From NCBI GenBank assembly GCA_040954595.2, contig CM082598.2:1736001-1800000 (forward strand): DNA of 64,000 nucleotides, written 5' to 3'. Source of the stretch: Balanoglossus misakiensis (lineage: Eukaryota; Animalia; Hemichordata). Of the stretch, positions 39,384 through 64,000 are shown one piece after another. Every line of letters begins with the position of its first letter. Position 1 is the first letter of the stretch. Made by a program: the position numbers and the translations under genes. A model generated the notes under the pieces. The model saw only the letters and a program-made list of their open reading frames with translations, ran no database searches and was not told the origin of the DNA.

Positions 39384-42147
39384 ATGGCGGAAGCTGCAGG
39401 TAACAATCTCGATCTGTCGAACAGTTTCGACAGTCCTGACGACACGTACGATGATATTATGCACTATTACGTCTATGAAGGTGTTAGGCTTCCCCCTTTC
39501 TGCCGAGGAAAGATGGAAGATATCATGAATTTCGCCGTCAGAGAAGACGATATCTGGATTGTGACATATCCTAAATCAGGTACAGTAATGTACATATGTT
39601 GAAACATACATGTACATCATAATATGTAGTTGTGTAATTATCCATCTGGTTTGCGATGTCAGGGTTGATGGAATATATACATCACTGACCATTTCTGAAT
39701 CTGACATTTCCCATACACTTCAATGTTAAATTCTAACCGACAAGTCTTTCATAGGCTATTAACCTAGCAGTTAAATATTAGCCAGTAGCTGCAGTTCAGT
39801 AGCTCAAGGTTTTGCCTTGGATTGTGTGCCGTGTAACACTTAGACCATGGCAAAACCTCGAGGCTAGTACAATTAATAGAAGCTAACAAAAGCAGGAAGT
39901 ATTCCTATGGGCTATCCTGCTACAGGAAGCCATTCTCCATAATTTAAACCTAGCTAAAGAGTCTGATCAATCTTCAGACCATGGTCAGACTCCTTAGCTT
40001 GGTTAATATGACAGGAATGACAGGAAGCCTGCTAGTTGAAATCTGTTTCCTTTGCATATACATCCTCCCACTTATCCTGAGCTGGATTTTCTATTTTCAG
40101 GTCTGTGGACCCAAGATCTGATTTACTTGTTAAGCAAAGGTGGCAATATAAAAGAAGTGGGGTTGGATCAAGAAACTGTGGAGGATGCGGTTCCGTATCT
40201 GGAGTATCCCAGTCCAGGACTGGAAATGCTCAATAGCATGAAATCCCCACGGATTATAAAATCCCATCTTCCGGTTCGCTTGCTTCCAACTGGCGTGAGA
40301 CAGAAACAGTGCAAGGTAGGGTTGGTCACCCCCATTTCATTCTTTAGAGGTCCAACTTTACCAGAGAAAACAATGGATTTGGACTAAACCATTGTGGTGA
40401 AAGGGTATAACCTATCACACATTCGTACATGACACAGTCATTTGTAGACCTGCTGCTTCAACTTGCTTTGGGGAAGTGTACCCCTGATATGTTATGTATT
40501 ACTGCATTGGCCATGTTGAATATGCAATATTATGCATGAGTCTTGTACTGTTAAAACACTTGATGTTCCATTCTTTTGCATTTATTTATTTTGTCATATA
40601 ATATCCCTTTTAAATTTGCTTTTTATATCATTAACAGCAACATTTTCAGTGATGTTTCTTTTTTTCTTTTTGGTTTATTTGCATGAAGATATTCTAGACA
40701 GTGTGAAGATTTTCTAGAGAGAGTATATAGTGGGCCTTGTTATGACTTTCCTTGTGACGTGTTGAATTGTGTTCGTCCATTCTCCTCTACTTTTCCCAGT
40801 TGTTTTTGTGTCATCCGTATAATCTCTAGAGCATGATCATCAAGAATATCGCAGGTTTGTCAACTTTTTGTTAGTTTTTATTTTGATCAAGGAATGTTGC
40901 TTTCTTACCATCAGCTTCACAATTTTATTTTTTCGCTTTGAGTTCAAATTCATAATGCCTGTGTAAGGGCACTAGACTTATGAAAGGGTCAGGTGTATGG
41001 TGTGTATGAAAGATTTTGAATGACTGAGTTTGTTATTTTCACATCATGATCTGCATTATTTGTTGTCATTCTTAGGTGATTTACGTGGCACGCAATCCAA
41101 AAGACGTCATGTGTTCATTCTACGATTTCCATCGTATGGTTCGTATGGTGAACTATAAAGGGACTTTCAACCAGTTCTTCCATAGGTTTATCAATAATAA
41201 ATGTAAGTATCTGATTATCTGTAGTGTGCCCCCAGAGTCCATCTTGGCCAGTGGTGGGGTGCATCAGTGTTGGGAATCACTGATATCTTTTGCCAGTTAT
41301 TATAATATAAACCTTGACTTTTGATCTTTGACTTTGGTTTCAGTGGGATATGGTTCCTACTTTGATCACGTGTTGGATGCATGGCTGCACAAGGATGATG
41401 CAAATGTCCTGTTTGTGAAGTATGAAGATCTTAAGAAGGTAAACCCTACATTGAAAGAAGAGTCGTCTGAACTGAACATGTTTACACTTTGTGTCTACTT
41501 TGTCTTGCTTGCCACTGTGTCTTGACTTTGGGACCCATACCCACAGCCAAACTCTTGATGTTTTCCCAAGTTTTATTCATCGGAACACCACACCAATCAG
41601 CAAGTTTACTTCTTACCATATGTGCATAATTTCATGTTTTTCAGGGATTTCTTTTTTTCAGACTACATAAATTATAAGTACTGGTATATTTGACTGGACA
41701 TGATTTTAACTCTGTGTACTTTTTTCCAGGAATTTTGTGTGACTGTTGGTAAACTAGCCAAGTTTATGGGAGTTACAATAAACGCAGAGATGATTGAGAA
41801 AATTGCTGATTATTGGGAATGTGAAGTACAATATAACAGACGTGGTAAGTCACTATTGTCTGCAAAGTTCAAAGGGTGACTGACAATCGTCTTATTCGCA
41901 TGTAATGTACAAACATTACGTCCAATCCAAATGTCCTGAAAATAAATCCAAAAGTTATAGTTAATGTCCCAATGTAAGAATTCTGTATGATATATCTCCA
42001 ATGCTGTTTTTCTTGTGTCGTACAGAGGACAGAGTTGGCTACTGGAAGAATATGTTCACTGTGGCTATGAACGAGAAATTCGACCGGATCTATCCTCAGA
42101 AAATGAAGAATGCTCAGCCGGAGTTTGATTTCGGGGAGACGCTATGA
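39384..42147 (+). CDS. SULT4A1: Sulfotransferase 4A1-like protein, 6 exons, ~289 aa (upstream in-frame ATG at 39369)
   Basis: Exons 39384-39579, 40101-40315, 41076-41202, 41344-41438, 41730-41844 and 42026-42147. Segments matching vertebrate SULT4A1 as I recall it: GVRLPPFCRGKMED, LEYPSPGL, SPRIIKSHLP, ARNPKD, LGYGS, RVGYWKNMFTVAMNEKFD. Confidence 0.88.
40324..40410. mobile_element. Copy of the piggyBac-like MITE family
   Basis: TCTTTAGAGGTCCAACTTTACCAGAGAAAACAATGGATTTGGACTAAACCATTGTGGTGAAAGGGT matches the reverse complement of 50613-50705. Confidence 0.55.
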
Positions 42148-44330
42148 AAGATCGTGTGTTAACAGCTGAATGGAGCAATGTGGTGACCACCATTGAAGTC
42201 TGGTGACACAAATAGTTCATTGTCTTTTATGTCTGTCATGTGTTCTGAAGTATGTTACCTTTCTAGAAATACACACAAATTACACAAAGTGGCAGAAATA
42301 TACACAGAGACATACAGTCCTGACTTGTTTGCGCATACACTAATTCACCAGTAACTCGTGTAAGCATTTTGCCATGGAACTTCGGCATTGTCATACCTGA
42401 GACAGAAAAATCACAGAAAGTGCATCCACACTCTTGTGTTTCATTATTGGGTTATCATAGAGTTTCAGCAAAACTTAGCCAATCAGAAAGGGCGTCTAAC
42501 GATGGCAATAATAGTAAACATACTCTGTACTGAAGGCAGTGATTGGCTAATTCCAATGTTGCATTTGCTTATTCATAATTCTGCAGTTTTTCATTGTAAT
42601 CTACCAGAGCTTCTTGTTTTGCATTGTATCGTGAAACTTTAGTCAAACTCTTTATATTTCATTGCTGGTGTCGATGAATATAGTATAGTTGTAGGTGAGA
42701 CTCGTAGTACTGGGTAGCATCAGATATACGTACAAGCACATGTGCATTATTACTTCAGTGTTGACTGTATTTTACGTCTGTAGATTTAGAAAATGGCCAG
42801 AAGTGACAGTTATTTGCATTTCTTGTCAGATTTCATGATATATATCATCAAAAAAAATATTGTAGTTTAGATGTATGTGCAGGGATTCTGAAGGTACACT
42901 GTGTGTCTTAGTATAAGCCTTCCACCCCTATTCCTTTCTATGTGGGATCAACCACACTATTGCAAACAATGGACTGGACCAAAAAGGGGTAAATGTAAAT
43001 CATGTGAATGTACTGTGAAGTTCAAACACATCGTTTTAAGGTCAGTCAAACTATTTCTCAAGAGGATAAGAAAAAAGTATTTTTTGTGCAGCTGTTTGTT
43101 GTGTGATCTCTTTCATATTATATGTACAATAAAACATATTTACAGGTGGGAATTTTGACTGTAAGTGTAAAGACTTCAATTGTCTTAGATACTTCCTAGT
43201 GCAAAATATTACTAATGACTACTTAATCGTTAGGGGATGATATGATGTATGTAGATTATGTTTTCAGCTTTTCACCTATCAATGCATAGAAGGTGTGTTT
43301 AATCTAGATGCAAATTAGATTTTATCTCGAACCTATTAAGAGAATATTTATGTAGCAATTCTCTGTGAAGTTTCGTTGAAAGATTAAATGATGAAGTCAG
43401 TGGTATACTGAGAATCAAAAGGGAATTCTTTGTATATGTCTGAATTGTATTATTAAACAACATGTTGAGCTTTGCGTTTGCAATGGATGTTTAGATTAAA
43501 AGACCATATCCAAATCTAGGTTCAAAAGTATAAATTACATCTTATACATAATAATATAACAAGTTTTGTAACAATTATCACACATGCATCCATATATAAA
43601 ATTCAAACTAGTTAAATTAATAAGAGATTATACTATGCAGCTTTTTAGTTTTTGATCTGAGTATATTCATACAATTTCATTATATTGAATTGTGTACATC
43701 ATGTACATTTATTGGCAGTTACTCTAAAGGTCACAAGTACCAGGATGTACGACCCTAACAAATATAGATAGCCCACATCCATGGCAGGCCACATGATTTA
43801 TTTTATAAGTTTATACTGTTGGCAGGTGCTGATTTCTTTGTGCTGTTCTGTTTGCTTTTTGGTGCTGTAATTTATTTTTGTATCGTGACAGACATGATGT
43901 CATTGTATCATTTTAGACAGTGATTATTCAATAAATATTACAATGTTGAAGAAGATTACAGATTGCCATAGAGTGTTTATATTCGTTTATTTCATCATAA
44001 GAAAGTAAAAGAAAAACATCTGAGAAAATGACAATCTGTCAACATGTTTTTTTCCACTGCAGTAATCATGATCTTAAATTTGATGTCTTGTGATGGCTAT
44101 TTTGCAACAAAACTTATGGCTGTTGACGGTGAAGACATTTATGAGGCTTGCAATAACTCTCGTCACGAAATTTTACGTCTATCAGGCCTGCCTGTTGTAC
44201 GAACCACGGTTGTACAGTGCACACATGTGATGCGGCCCAGTCTTGCGTTGAAATATACGTGTTATCTTTGCAATGGTCATAAACTTTGCCATTAGAACCT
44301 CATTATCTCTCCGACGCTGTTTGTTTTATT

Positions 44331-44692
44331 ATGCAAATCACTCGAACGTATCGGAAATCGGAGCGTGTAAACTTTTGTTGACGATATTAGCCCTTGTAAA
44401 CAAATGACATAGCAACGGAGTAACGGTGCTGGACGAAAGCGATCGATTTATGCAAATGAGGTAAATAGCAACGAACATGGCTGATTATTTATGCATTCAG
44501 GTCACGTGACGTGGAAATTGGCAACAAGTCGACGGTGGTCGCGAAGCGTTCTTAGCAACCCGGAGCAGGTGGTAATGGACGACCATGTCAGCCGACGGCT
44601 ACCCGAAACTGTTGTTCACAAGTGATCTACGCGGATAAACACAAGCGTAACACTAAGTATTCTTGCTGAAGGCGCCGTCGACCGGTTATATA
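44331..44692 (+). promoter_or_regulatory. Putative EFCAB6 promoter and non-coding first exon with RFX X-box and forkhead motifs
   Basis: CpG-richer segment. Contains GTAAACAAA (44396), TAGCAAC half-sites (44410, 44466), GTTCTTAGCAAC (44548-44559), GTCACGTGAC (44501), ATGCAAAT (44331, 44450) and a donor-like AG|GTAGGT at 44692. Confidence 0.5.
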
Positions 44693-45607
44693 GGTAGGTT
44701 TTCGCTAGATTTAAGCTTCTTTGCGAGAAGAAACACCAAGAGTTCAGTGCACCCCTGTCGTCTGCCCGTCCCATTACGTGTAACTATCAGAGAAAACACG
44801 ACGGTGTGTAAACTCCGTGGACCCTACCTGTCGTTTGAGTTATTGTTGGAGATCAGGTCGAGCATTCAGAAAGCCAAGAGGGTGTATGACCAGACGGCAT
44901 AACGCTGGGTTGTTTTTGGGGCGCGTAACCATTGGAGTTCTACAGGAAGTTCACAGCCAGTTGGGTCGTGGGAAAGGGGGCCTGTCGTTGGTTAGTTCCA
45001 TGTCCTGAAATATATGTCAGACGATTTTTATTTACCTGTTAGGTTTGCCTGTTTATTCAGCTTAATTTATGTCTGACAACGAACTAGTGCTTTGGCATTT
45101 TTCTGTGTACTCTCTAAACCAACGGACCGGGCTCCTTCAAGTTAAAGAAAATATTGAAATAATTTTGTAAACATTTCATTCTCTTATTTGTACTTCAATA
45201 TTATGACTTGCCTGTGCCTGGCATCACGATTTTTTAATTAGTTAGTCAAATATACATATTTATTCATAAAGACATATTCAATATATATATTTATGTATTA
45301 ATTGATAATATTCAATATTCATATCCATAAATGTTTGAATTTTGTTTGGCCATCGCCACATTTTATATTTTGATAGATGTTAAGTATAAAATATAAAGAA
45401 ATACAACAATGGTGTGTGGATATATTTCACCCTGTTTTCTTCTGTAGAACAGTTATATTTACCATATAGCAAACAATGGATTTGGATCAAACCACTTGGT
45501 GAAAGGGTAAATTAAGTACAACAACAACAGCCAAACTTAGACAATTGTTTTTTGTCAATTTCAGATTTTGGTGCCATTTTGTAGGTTTTTTTAAAAAAAC
45601 ACTGAAA

Positions 45608-57077
<11,470 letters not shown>

Positions 57078-58619
57078 TGTAAAAGTGAACTGTTCAACTC
57101 CTGTCATAACCATGGTTTCAACTCTTCAGATTTCGAACTCAATCAAATTCAAATTTGGGAGCTTGCATCAATCCTACTCAGATGTTAGGATCGCGAATTC
57201 ATGATTCATTTGGTGTGGCGGTACACATTCACAGATGTGTACATTTTCGTTTAGTTCTGAAAAAAAGCATGCAATATCTGGATTTAAATTGTTTTGTAAA
57301 TTTCTGGCCATGTATGAAATACAAAACGCATATCTATTTTTTTAGTTGCATGATGTTAGGGATAGTGTGGACATTTTTTTTTTTGCCATATTGGAATGTG
57401 ACATGACATTGAGAACTGATCTTAGAATTTTTTCCTTGCTTTAATAATAGCACCTTTTTGATCATGATTGTGAAAATGAACTCTTTTGAACACAAAACAA
57501 CATTATGGTTGCCCTCAAAATATCCCAGTGGTAAGATTAAACTACATAGTGTGAACAGAAAGACTATGCAAAATTGTTTTCTGTAAGTAATATAACAATG
57601 GATCATGTTATCTAAATTCCTTAATGTCGCTCCAGTCCATGGTTGCATGTTTACACTTAAAGTCAGTTCTGTGAATCACATATATAGTGTATATTTATGA
57701 TTGACTATAATGCTGGCTAAGATTATAACAATTATGACAATATTGGAATAATTTATCCGTCCATTAGACACAATTCTAGGAAGAGTAACCAACAATTTTG
57801 ATATTAGTCCTTCTTAGGATCTACTTGGAATTTGTGTTCTATCATGAAGTGTGACCAATATATATATTCATGTGTATAGCATACATTATTAATGTTGACA
57901 AGTGAATGCAAATCTTATCTAAAACTTGAATACCAAAAATAGAAGTTTGGAAAAACTAGATAGTGGGTATCTCAGACTATGCAAGCTTGTTATTTGACTA
58001 TGCAGTTCACTCTGTCACTGATTATGTCCATTTTGTGGGTGTAGATATGAAATATATTTTGTGTGTGCATTAATACTCTGACAGGACAGATTTGCCAGTT
58101 TTTTTTAGGCTTTTTGAACTTGATGGTGCAAGGAGGGTGTACTGCCCTCATTCATAACAAGAAGTACGGATAAACTTTGTTTTTTGCTTGCCTGCAAAAG
58201 TGCATTGTGGGAATCGTTCATAGTGGTTCTTGCATATTTTGGCATCAGCATTATTAGACTTTAAACATTTTGAGTGTGCTTGGGAGAATCGGTAAATAAT
58301 AGACTAATTAATTATTGAGATATAATGATCTTGGTGTAAATGATATGAATTTTAAATTTGTAAATCATGATCTTATTTGAACATTTGCTGCTTCAAGTTT
58401 TCTGTTGAGTTTGTGTATATTTTGCATGTGTATATAGATATTATTTTAAAGTTTTCTGTGTTTATATACAAATCATATGCAAGGCCCAGAAATAAAGTGC
58501 TTTAAAATTAAACATATTCTTTGTCTTATGGTCCTTGCAAATAACCGATAAATATTGATAATCGACACAACTATGATCGTGTCGATAAATAAGAAAGACA
58601 ATGTTATCGACATAAACAA

Positions 58620-58747
58620 AAGGTATGACGTTGCGCGGTCGATAGAGGGCTGCAATATGAATATTCATGTGACCCCGAAGTGTGACCTTCGGAGTGAGGA
58701 TTGAATGAATAACAAACTTCTTTGTGTGCAGCAAGCTCAACGTGTAG
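58620..58747 (+). promoter_or_regulatory. Probable SINHCAF promoter and 5' non-coding exon
   Basis: CpG-richer segment just after an AATAAA at 58491 (candidate EFCAB6 polyA signal), ending at a strong donor AG|GTAAGT at 58747. An acceptor (TTTCAG, 62177) precedes the ATG exon. Confidence 0.45.
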
Positions 58748-61700
58748 GTAAGTCAGCTCTCGCAATTTTGTCGTATTTTTCTATGAATTTGTGAATGTCT
58801 TGTTACTGAGCCACGCGTACATGTGTAAACGGGGGACTGGAAGATACTTGTGAAAAATTGTGGACTTTTGTCGAGTATTTTGTCGTATATCGAGAAATTT
58901 TCGACCCCTTCATTGTGTGTACATTGCATCGTGCATTGGAACACATGTCCTTGTTTTCGACAGCTTTTGTTTGGAAACCTTCGAAAAAAACTTCAAAGTT
59001 TGTGTTTTGGTGTCAAGGCTTTGCTATTTTCACCTTTAACGTGGGAATGGATCGATATTTGACGTCCGTCAACTTACGCACATAGTTTCAGTGACTGTGT
59101 GCAGACTTAGTGTTTGTATGAAATCGACACAACAGACGACTGTCAAATTTTAGTCGTGACTCATCGGGTTATTCTGTTATTCGCTGTGCCCCAGACGTCG
59201 GTTTCCGTTATATGAACTCAGATCTAGGGTGAATGAAAGCATTTTGTCACTCATAGATGTCGAAGGTAACGTAGTCGGTTGTTTGTGTCTTCCGATCACG
59301 ATTGAAGTGTTTTGGAAGATTTCGGAAGCTCTTTGTTGACAGTTGTAACGTATAGAGATTACAACACAGAAGCATGTTTTGACAAGCTGATGATGATATC
59401 ATAGAGGTTTTGAATATCCACACGACAGTGAGATGTAGTGCGCTCGCCGGAAGTAATTTCGTTCCAGGGTGTAGTTCAAGGAAGACCTGATCTTGCAGAT
59501 TTTTTTTTTCGATGTGAAAAACTCCGGACTTGATGTTTTGAGAACCCCTTCAGAACGGTGCGAAGAGGGTTGAACAAAGGAACAATAGTAACATTGGGGA
59601 ACATAGGCAGTGGGCACGCGAACAAAATTACCCTAACAAAGACCATGCTTTGCATCTTTTTATATTTCTATGAAGGGGCCAGCTGCCCGCTTGCTAATGA
59701 AAAGCCCCGATTGCAGTTCTATTCAATAAGTTGAATGAAAGTTTGGCCAGGTTTGGTGTTTGGCGCGTGGCCTTACAGACTCCCAGACAGTGAAAGGGAT
59801 TTATTTGCAATGTTGGCCGAAGGCTGTTCTGTTTCACTGATTGTTTGATAACCTCGGGGTTTTCCTTGTGCAACCCACGTTTCATGTCATTCATATGTGT
59901 AGGTGTGTTTTTGTGTCTGTTCGTGATGCACAGTTGCAATTTTTAATCAAATTTATTTTCACAAACAATCAGTGAGGTAAATAATACCTGTGATCATCCC
60001 CTTTAAAGCACAACAGTAAATATAGACATTTGATATGGGATAAAACAATATGAACAATTAAATTAATCACAATAATTACTGTAAAACAATAGGTGATAAC
60101 CACCCTTTTATCATGTGTGAAACTATAATTTTTATAGTGTTGGTTTGTTTTACGAGTCTTAAAATTACTTCACATGAACAATATACTAGTAGTAGAAATT
60201 TAATAAGCAAACAGTGGAATTAATCAGACAATATCACTTATAAATGTCGAGGCTTGGCTAGAAAGGATGCATTTCCAGTTCTGATTTTTGTGATTTCCAC
60301 AAAATAAGAAAAACTCGTAAATAGTCGTTTGTGGAAAATTCCTAGTCTGTGACGGTGTGTGTGTCATTGCATGGCAGCATGGGCATATACTATTGTAATT
60401 TACTGAAGCCTAGCATTTCAATGTACCCACTCTCACAAATGTCAAAATGTGAATATTTCAATCATGGATATGCATCAACAACTAACACAGCTGCTGAAAT
60501 AAAAAGAACAGTATTTCGAAGGAAAAGGTGAATTGAAATTGAAGATGGAAAAAATGGATGAATTCCCGTATAGTACATGACATAAGAATGAGTCATTGGT
60601 GGAACATGCAAATAAGTTGATACCGTAAAACATTTTTTGTGTGTAATCATGATATTTGAATATAACAGTAACAATCATGAAAATTCCGATTTTGTGTAAT
60701 TAGTAATAGCTAAAGTGTCATTTTATTTATTTTCATTGATGCGGTGAAACTGAAAATATGACTACACTAATTGATTTCTATATTACTTTTTAACTGACAT
60801 TTTCATTAGATTTTGGCAGTTTTCTTGAATACACTCATAAAACTTTAAATATTTTCCGTGTATAGCGGCTACCTAATTAAGGACATTCAGATGGTTTAAG
60901 ACATTTTTTGCTAAATTTCTTGTAACCAAGGATTGGAAAATAGCTGCAGTTTCTCAGCAAAGTAACCTGACAGATGGCTCAGGCAAATTGATTAACCAAG
61001 TCATTAAAGATGTAATATTCATATTTTGAATTATATTCAGTAAGAGATAGGGTGACAGACTGTGTTGTACGAAAGAAAAGAAAAACAGACTACAGACAGT
61101 CGACTGTTTTTAGTTTCATTAATGATACTGATAGTAGATGTACTGTAAAACATGTCTTTTTAGCTAGTATGTTATTTTAGCTAATTTAGCTTGGTGTGTA
61201 AATTTGCTAATTTAAGTGTGGCAGTTTTTCATCAAAATACTACCAAAACGGAAAAAAAAGTTTTTATCCTCTTTGTTCGGATTGCATTTGGGAACAGACA
61301 AACATCATTGTAATATGAATGACTTTCAGATTCTGGTAATTCTTTGTTCTGAAGCCTAAACAACAAACCCCACTACGCACATGTCCACACAGACAAAGGC
61401 TTTTCCAGCCAGCCATGTAGAAAGCCTGACACAATGTAATCCTATGAGCAGGTGTTAGGAGACACAACTTGAAAATATTTACTCAGCTATTGAGAGTGTC
61501 ACTCAAATGATATTGCTTTTATTGAATTTTCACTTCTCATTAATTATTAGTGCAGGCGTAACTCTAGAGGAAATGATTAACAAACTGATAAACATGTCTG
61601 GGAAATTTGAAAAAAAAAATGTTTTGAGTAATCTATTATCACTGGAGTAACATACGTTAGTCACTTTTGATGGCCCTGGTTATAAATGGAAGCTTTTGCC

Positions 61701-62217
61701 CATAAATGGCATTTACTAGATTTCGAAAGTACACCGCATTGACAAGCAAATCACATACTTGACTCAGTCTTAGTCAGCGACATTTTCAGGCACCTGGATG
61801 GGATGATTCGAGTTTGTCAGTGAGTTCCTCTCTGCATTTTTCAAGAGAGAGAAAATTTAGTATTAATTAATGTCTTATTAAAACATTAAACCAATTAATG
61901 AAATTTGAAACAAAGTGTCAATTTAAACTCAAAATCTGGCCATCTTCCAAGAAGCTGCATGTGGCGATGGTGTGAACACATGACGTGAATGAGAATTTTG
62001 TCGGTTGATTGGGAAAAGTCCAGAACATGTGAACGTTCCCTACAGAATATTAGGGATGGAAATTGACAATGCTACGTTGTCAATTGCTTTGGATTTATAG
62101 TGATTTCAAACTGAAAAGTTTGCAAGAAAACAACATGTATAATTATTTAACAAATTTTTTTTTCATTTTATTTCAGACGTCTGTGTAGAATGTGACAAGA
62201 TTACTCACTCAGTCATC

Positions 62218-63852
62218 ATGTTTAGTTTCCACAAACCCAAGGTTTATCGTAGTGGGAACGGTTGTTGTATTTGTAAAGCGAAGTCCTCAAGCTCCAGATT
62301 CACGGGTAGGTTCTGTTCGTTACACGTCTTTGGATTCATTTGCTCATTCAACCCAGTGGAAGAAATGAGAGTGGGAGGATGAAATGTTACGATGTTCTTA
62401 GACTAGTACTTTCCCCGCAAGCCGACTGCTGAGTGTTGGAGAGCTCCATATCCCCAGCTGTTTAAATGAAAATAATTTACGAATGTGTAATACACATGCC
62501 TATAAACTCTCTCCAGATGGTGTAAGGATGACATGGTTGGGATTTATAGTAATCCAATTTGATTGGTTGATTAATTGATTGATTGATTAAAATTATTCTG
62601 TAAGCCAACTGCCTGCAGTATGAACCAGAATTGACAGTAAACAGTTGAGCATATCGTAAAATTCATGACACTGTATTCTGATTTTGATCAAGATCTTGTC
62701 AACAGATTTCAAATAAAATTTAATCCCTCTGTAGAGAATTGATTAGCTGTACCCTTTCAGCCAGATTTTGTGTCTTGTCTCGTTAAAATTTCCAAGACAG
62801 ATGACAATGCTTCTGCTCATGGGGAATATGAAAATTCTGGAACAGAGTGTGTGTGGGCGATGTTTTCTCAATTGCATCTCTCGGTATATACACATTAGCC
62901 TCCGGGCAATAAAATTAACAAACAGTGAGGATTTTATGTGAAATCTAAATTTTCCACAAAATTGACCACAGTTGCAGTTTTCCAAAATTTGAACATTTTT
63001 TGACTTGGGAAATTGCTAAGCCCCATGAAAATTATAATGAGGTGATTGCAATCAATAGTTGAAAAATACCGTAACTACTCTATTTTTTTGGCCATTGTAA
63101 AATCAGCAAAGTTTGTTAATCAAACTTACAATTTTTAACAGAACTGTTGTCCTTTTTTTACAGACAGCAAAAAATACGAAGCAGACTTTGAAAAATGCTT
63201 CCAACTGAAAACAGAGAAGAGAACAGGAGAGATCTGCAATGCTTGCGTACTCCTTGTCAAGAGGTGGAAGAAATTACCCTCAGGAACTGAACGAAATTGG
63301 CATCATGTGAGTTTGTGTGGATGGCTGGTTAGATAATTAAGAGTCGAAGCGCTCTGTGGAATGTTTTCTTGTGGTGACAGTAATTGGCAGGGCATCCCAC
63401 TATAGTCCACAGTCTATTTGAGTGTTCGTTTACTGTGTACCAACTGTAGTAGCCTTTTCAAAGTGGCCACTAAATAGAGGTGGCCACTAACACAGGTTTG
63501 ACTATACAGTCGAACCTGTCTATAGTGGCCAGTCAAGGGACTTTCCTAAATTGGCCTTTATAGCCAGGTGGTCTTATAGACAGGTCAATTAATGTACATG
63601 TGAATTGCCCAGGGCTTCACAAAGTGGCCACTATATAGAGGTGGCCACTAACACAGGTTTGACTATATTCTTAATTTTGTTTGGCATTTGTTCTTGTGCA
63701 GGTGGTAGATGCCAGGGCCGGGCCGGGAACCAAAGCAATAAACAAGAGCAAGAACAAACTGAAATTGAACAAGCGACCGTTGAAGAAGAGACGCCATCGA
63801 CGTCTTCTCACCATCCAGAAGAGGGACCAGTCGGAATCGGACGACGCAACTG
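62218..63852 (+). CDS. SINHCAF: SIN3-HDAC complex-associated factor (FAM60A), first three coding exons; continues beyond the window
   Basis: Exons 62218-62305, 63164-63306 and 63702-63852 encode MFSFHKPKVYRSGNGCCICKAKSSSSRFTDSKKYEADFEKCFQLKTEKRTGEICNACVLLVKRWKKLPSGTERNWHHVVDARAGPG, the conserved FAM60A N-terminal zinc-finger-like region. Confidence 0.95.
63461..63667. mobile_element. Tc1/mariner-pogo (Tigger-like) MITE, preceded by an extra right end
   Basis: TA|CAGTCGAACCTGTCTATAGTGGCCA...TGGCCACTAACACAGGTTTGACTA|TA at 63507-63665. An almost identical right end lies directly upstream at 63461-63504. Confidence 0.65.
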
Positions 63853-64000
63853 GTTAGTGGAAATTTGTGGTTGAAATCGTCGTCTCAAAAGCGAGAGTGG
63901 TTTTTAGAAGTCTGTGAACTTCCAGTGTTGTCTAAAATGCCCCTTGTCCTCTGGCATCCTGTTTGAAACACTGTGATATTCAGTTTTTTAGGCTTGAAAA

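Noticed and set aside
39580-39590. Alternative donor GT at 39585 that would restore PKSGT
   Set aside because: Gives phase 0, which is out of frame with the strong acceptor at 40100 (stop within 7 codons).

Overview
Eukaryotic (metazoan) genomic DNA: AT-rich, with GT-AG introns and MITE-like repeats. It most resembles a marine invertebrate deuterostome such as a hemichordate or echinoderm (inference only). Splicing exons by hand gives five complete genes and two partial ones. Minus strand: a lone first exon of a RERG/RASL-type Ras GTPase (9262-9433) and a complete 4-exon RERG-like GTPase (12548-14015). About 16 kb with no recognisable coding exon follows. Plus strand: an ARSB/I/J-type arylsulfatase (7 exons), an unnamed secreted protein built from four 6-Cys acidic CDDGG repeats (8 exons, including an inferred 10-nt microexon), a SULT4A1-like sulfotransferase (6 exons), EFCAB6 (24 coding exons, ~1540 aa) and the 5' part of SINHCAF/FAM60A. 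The most notable items are the CDDGG-repeat precursor, an apparent non-vertebrate SULT4A1 with degenerate PAPS motifs lying next to EFCAB6 as in human 22q13, and candidate nuclear-receptor and RFX/forkhead elements. Coordinates were read by eye and no database searches were run.
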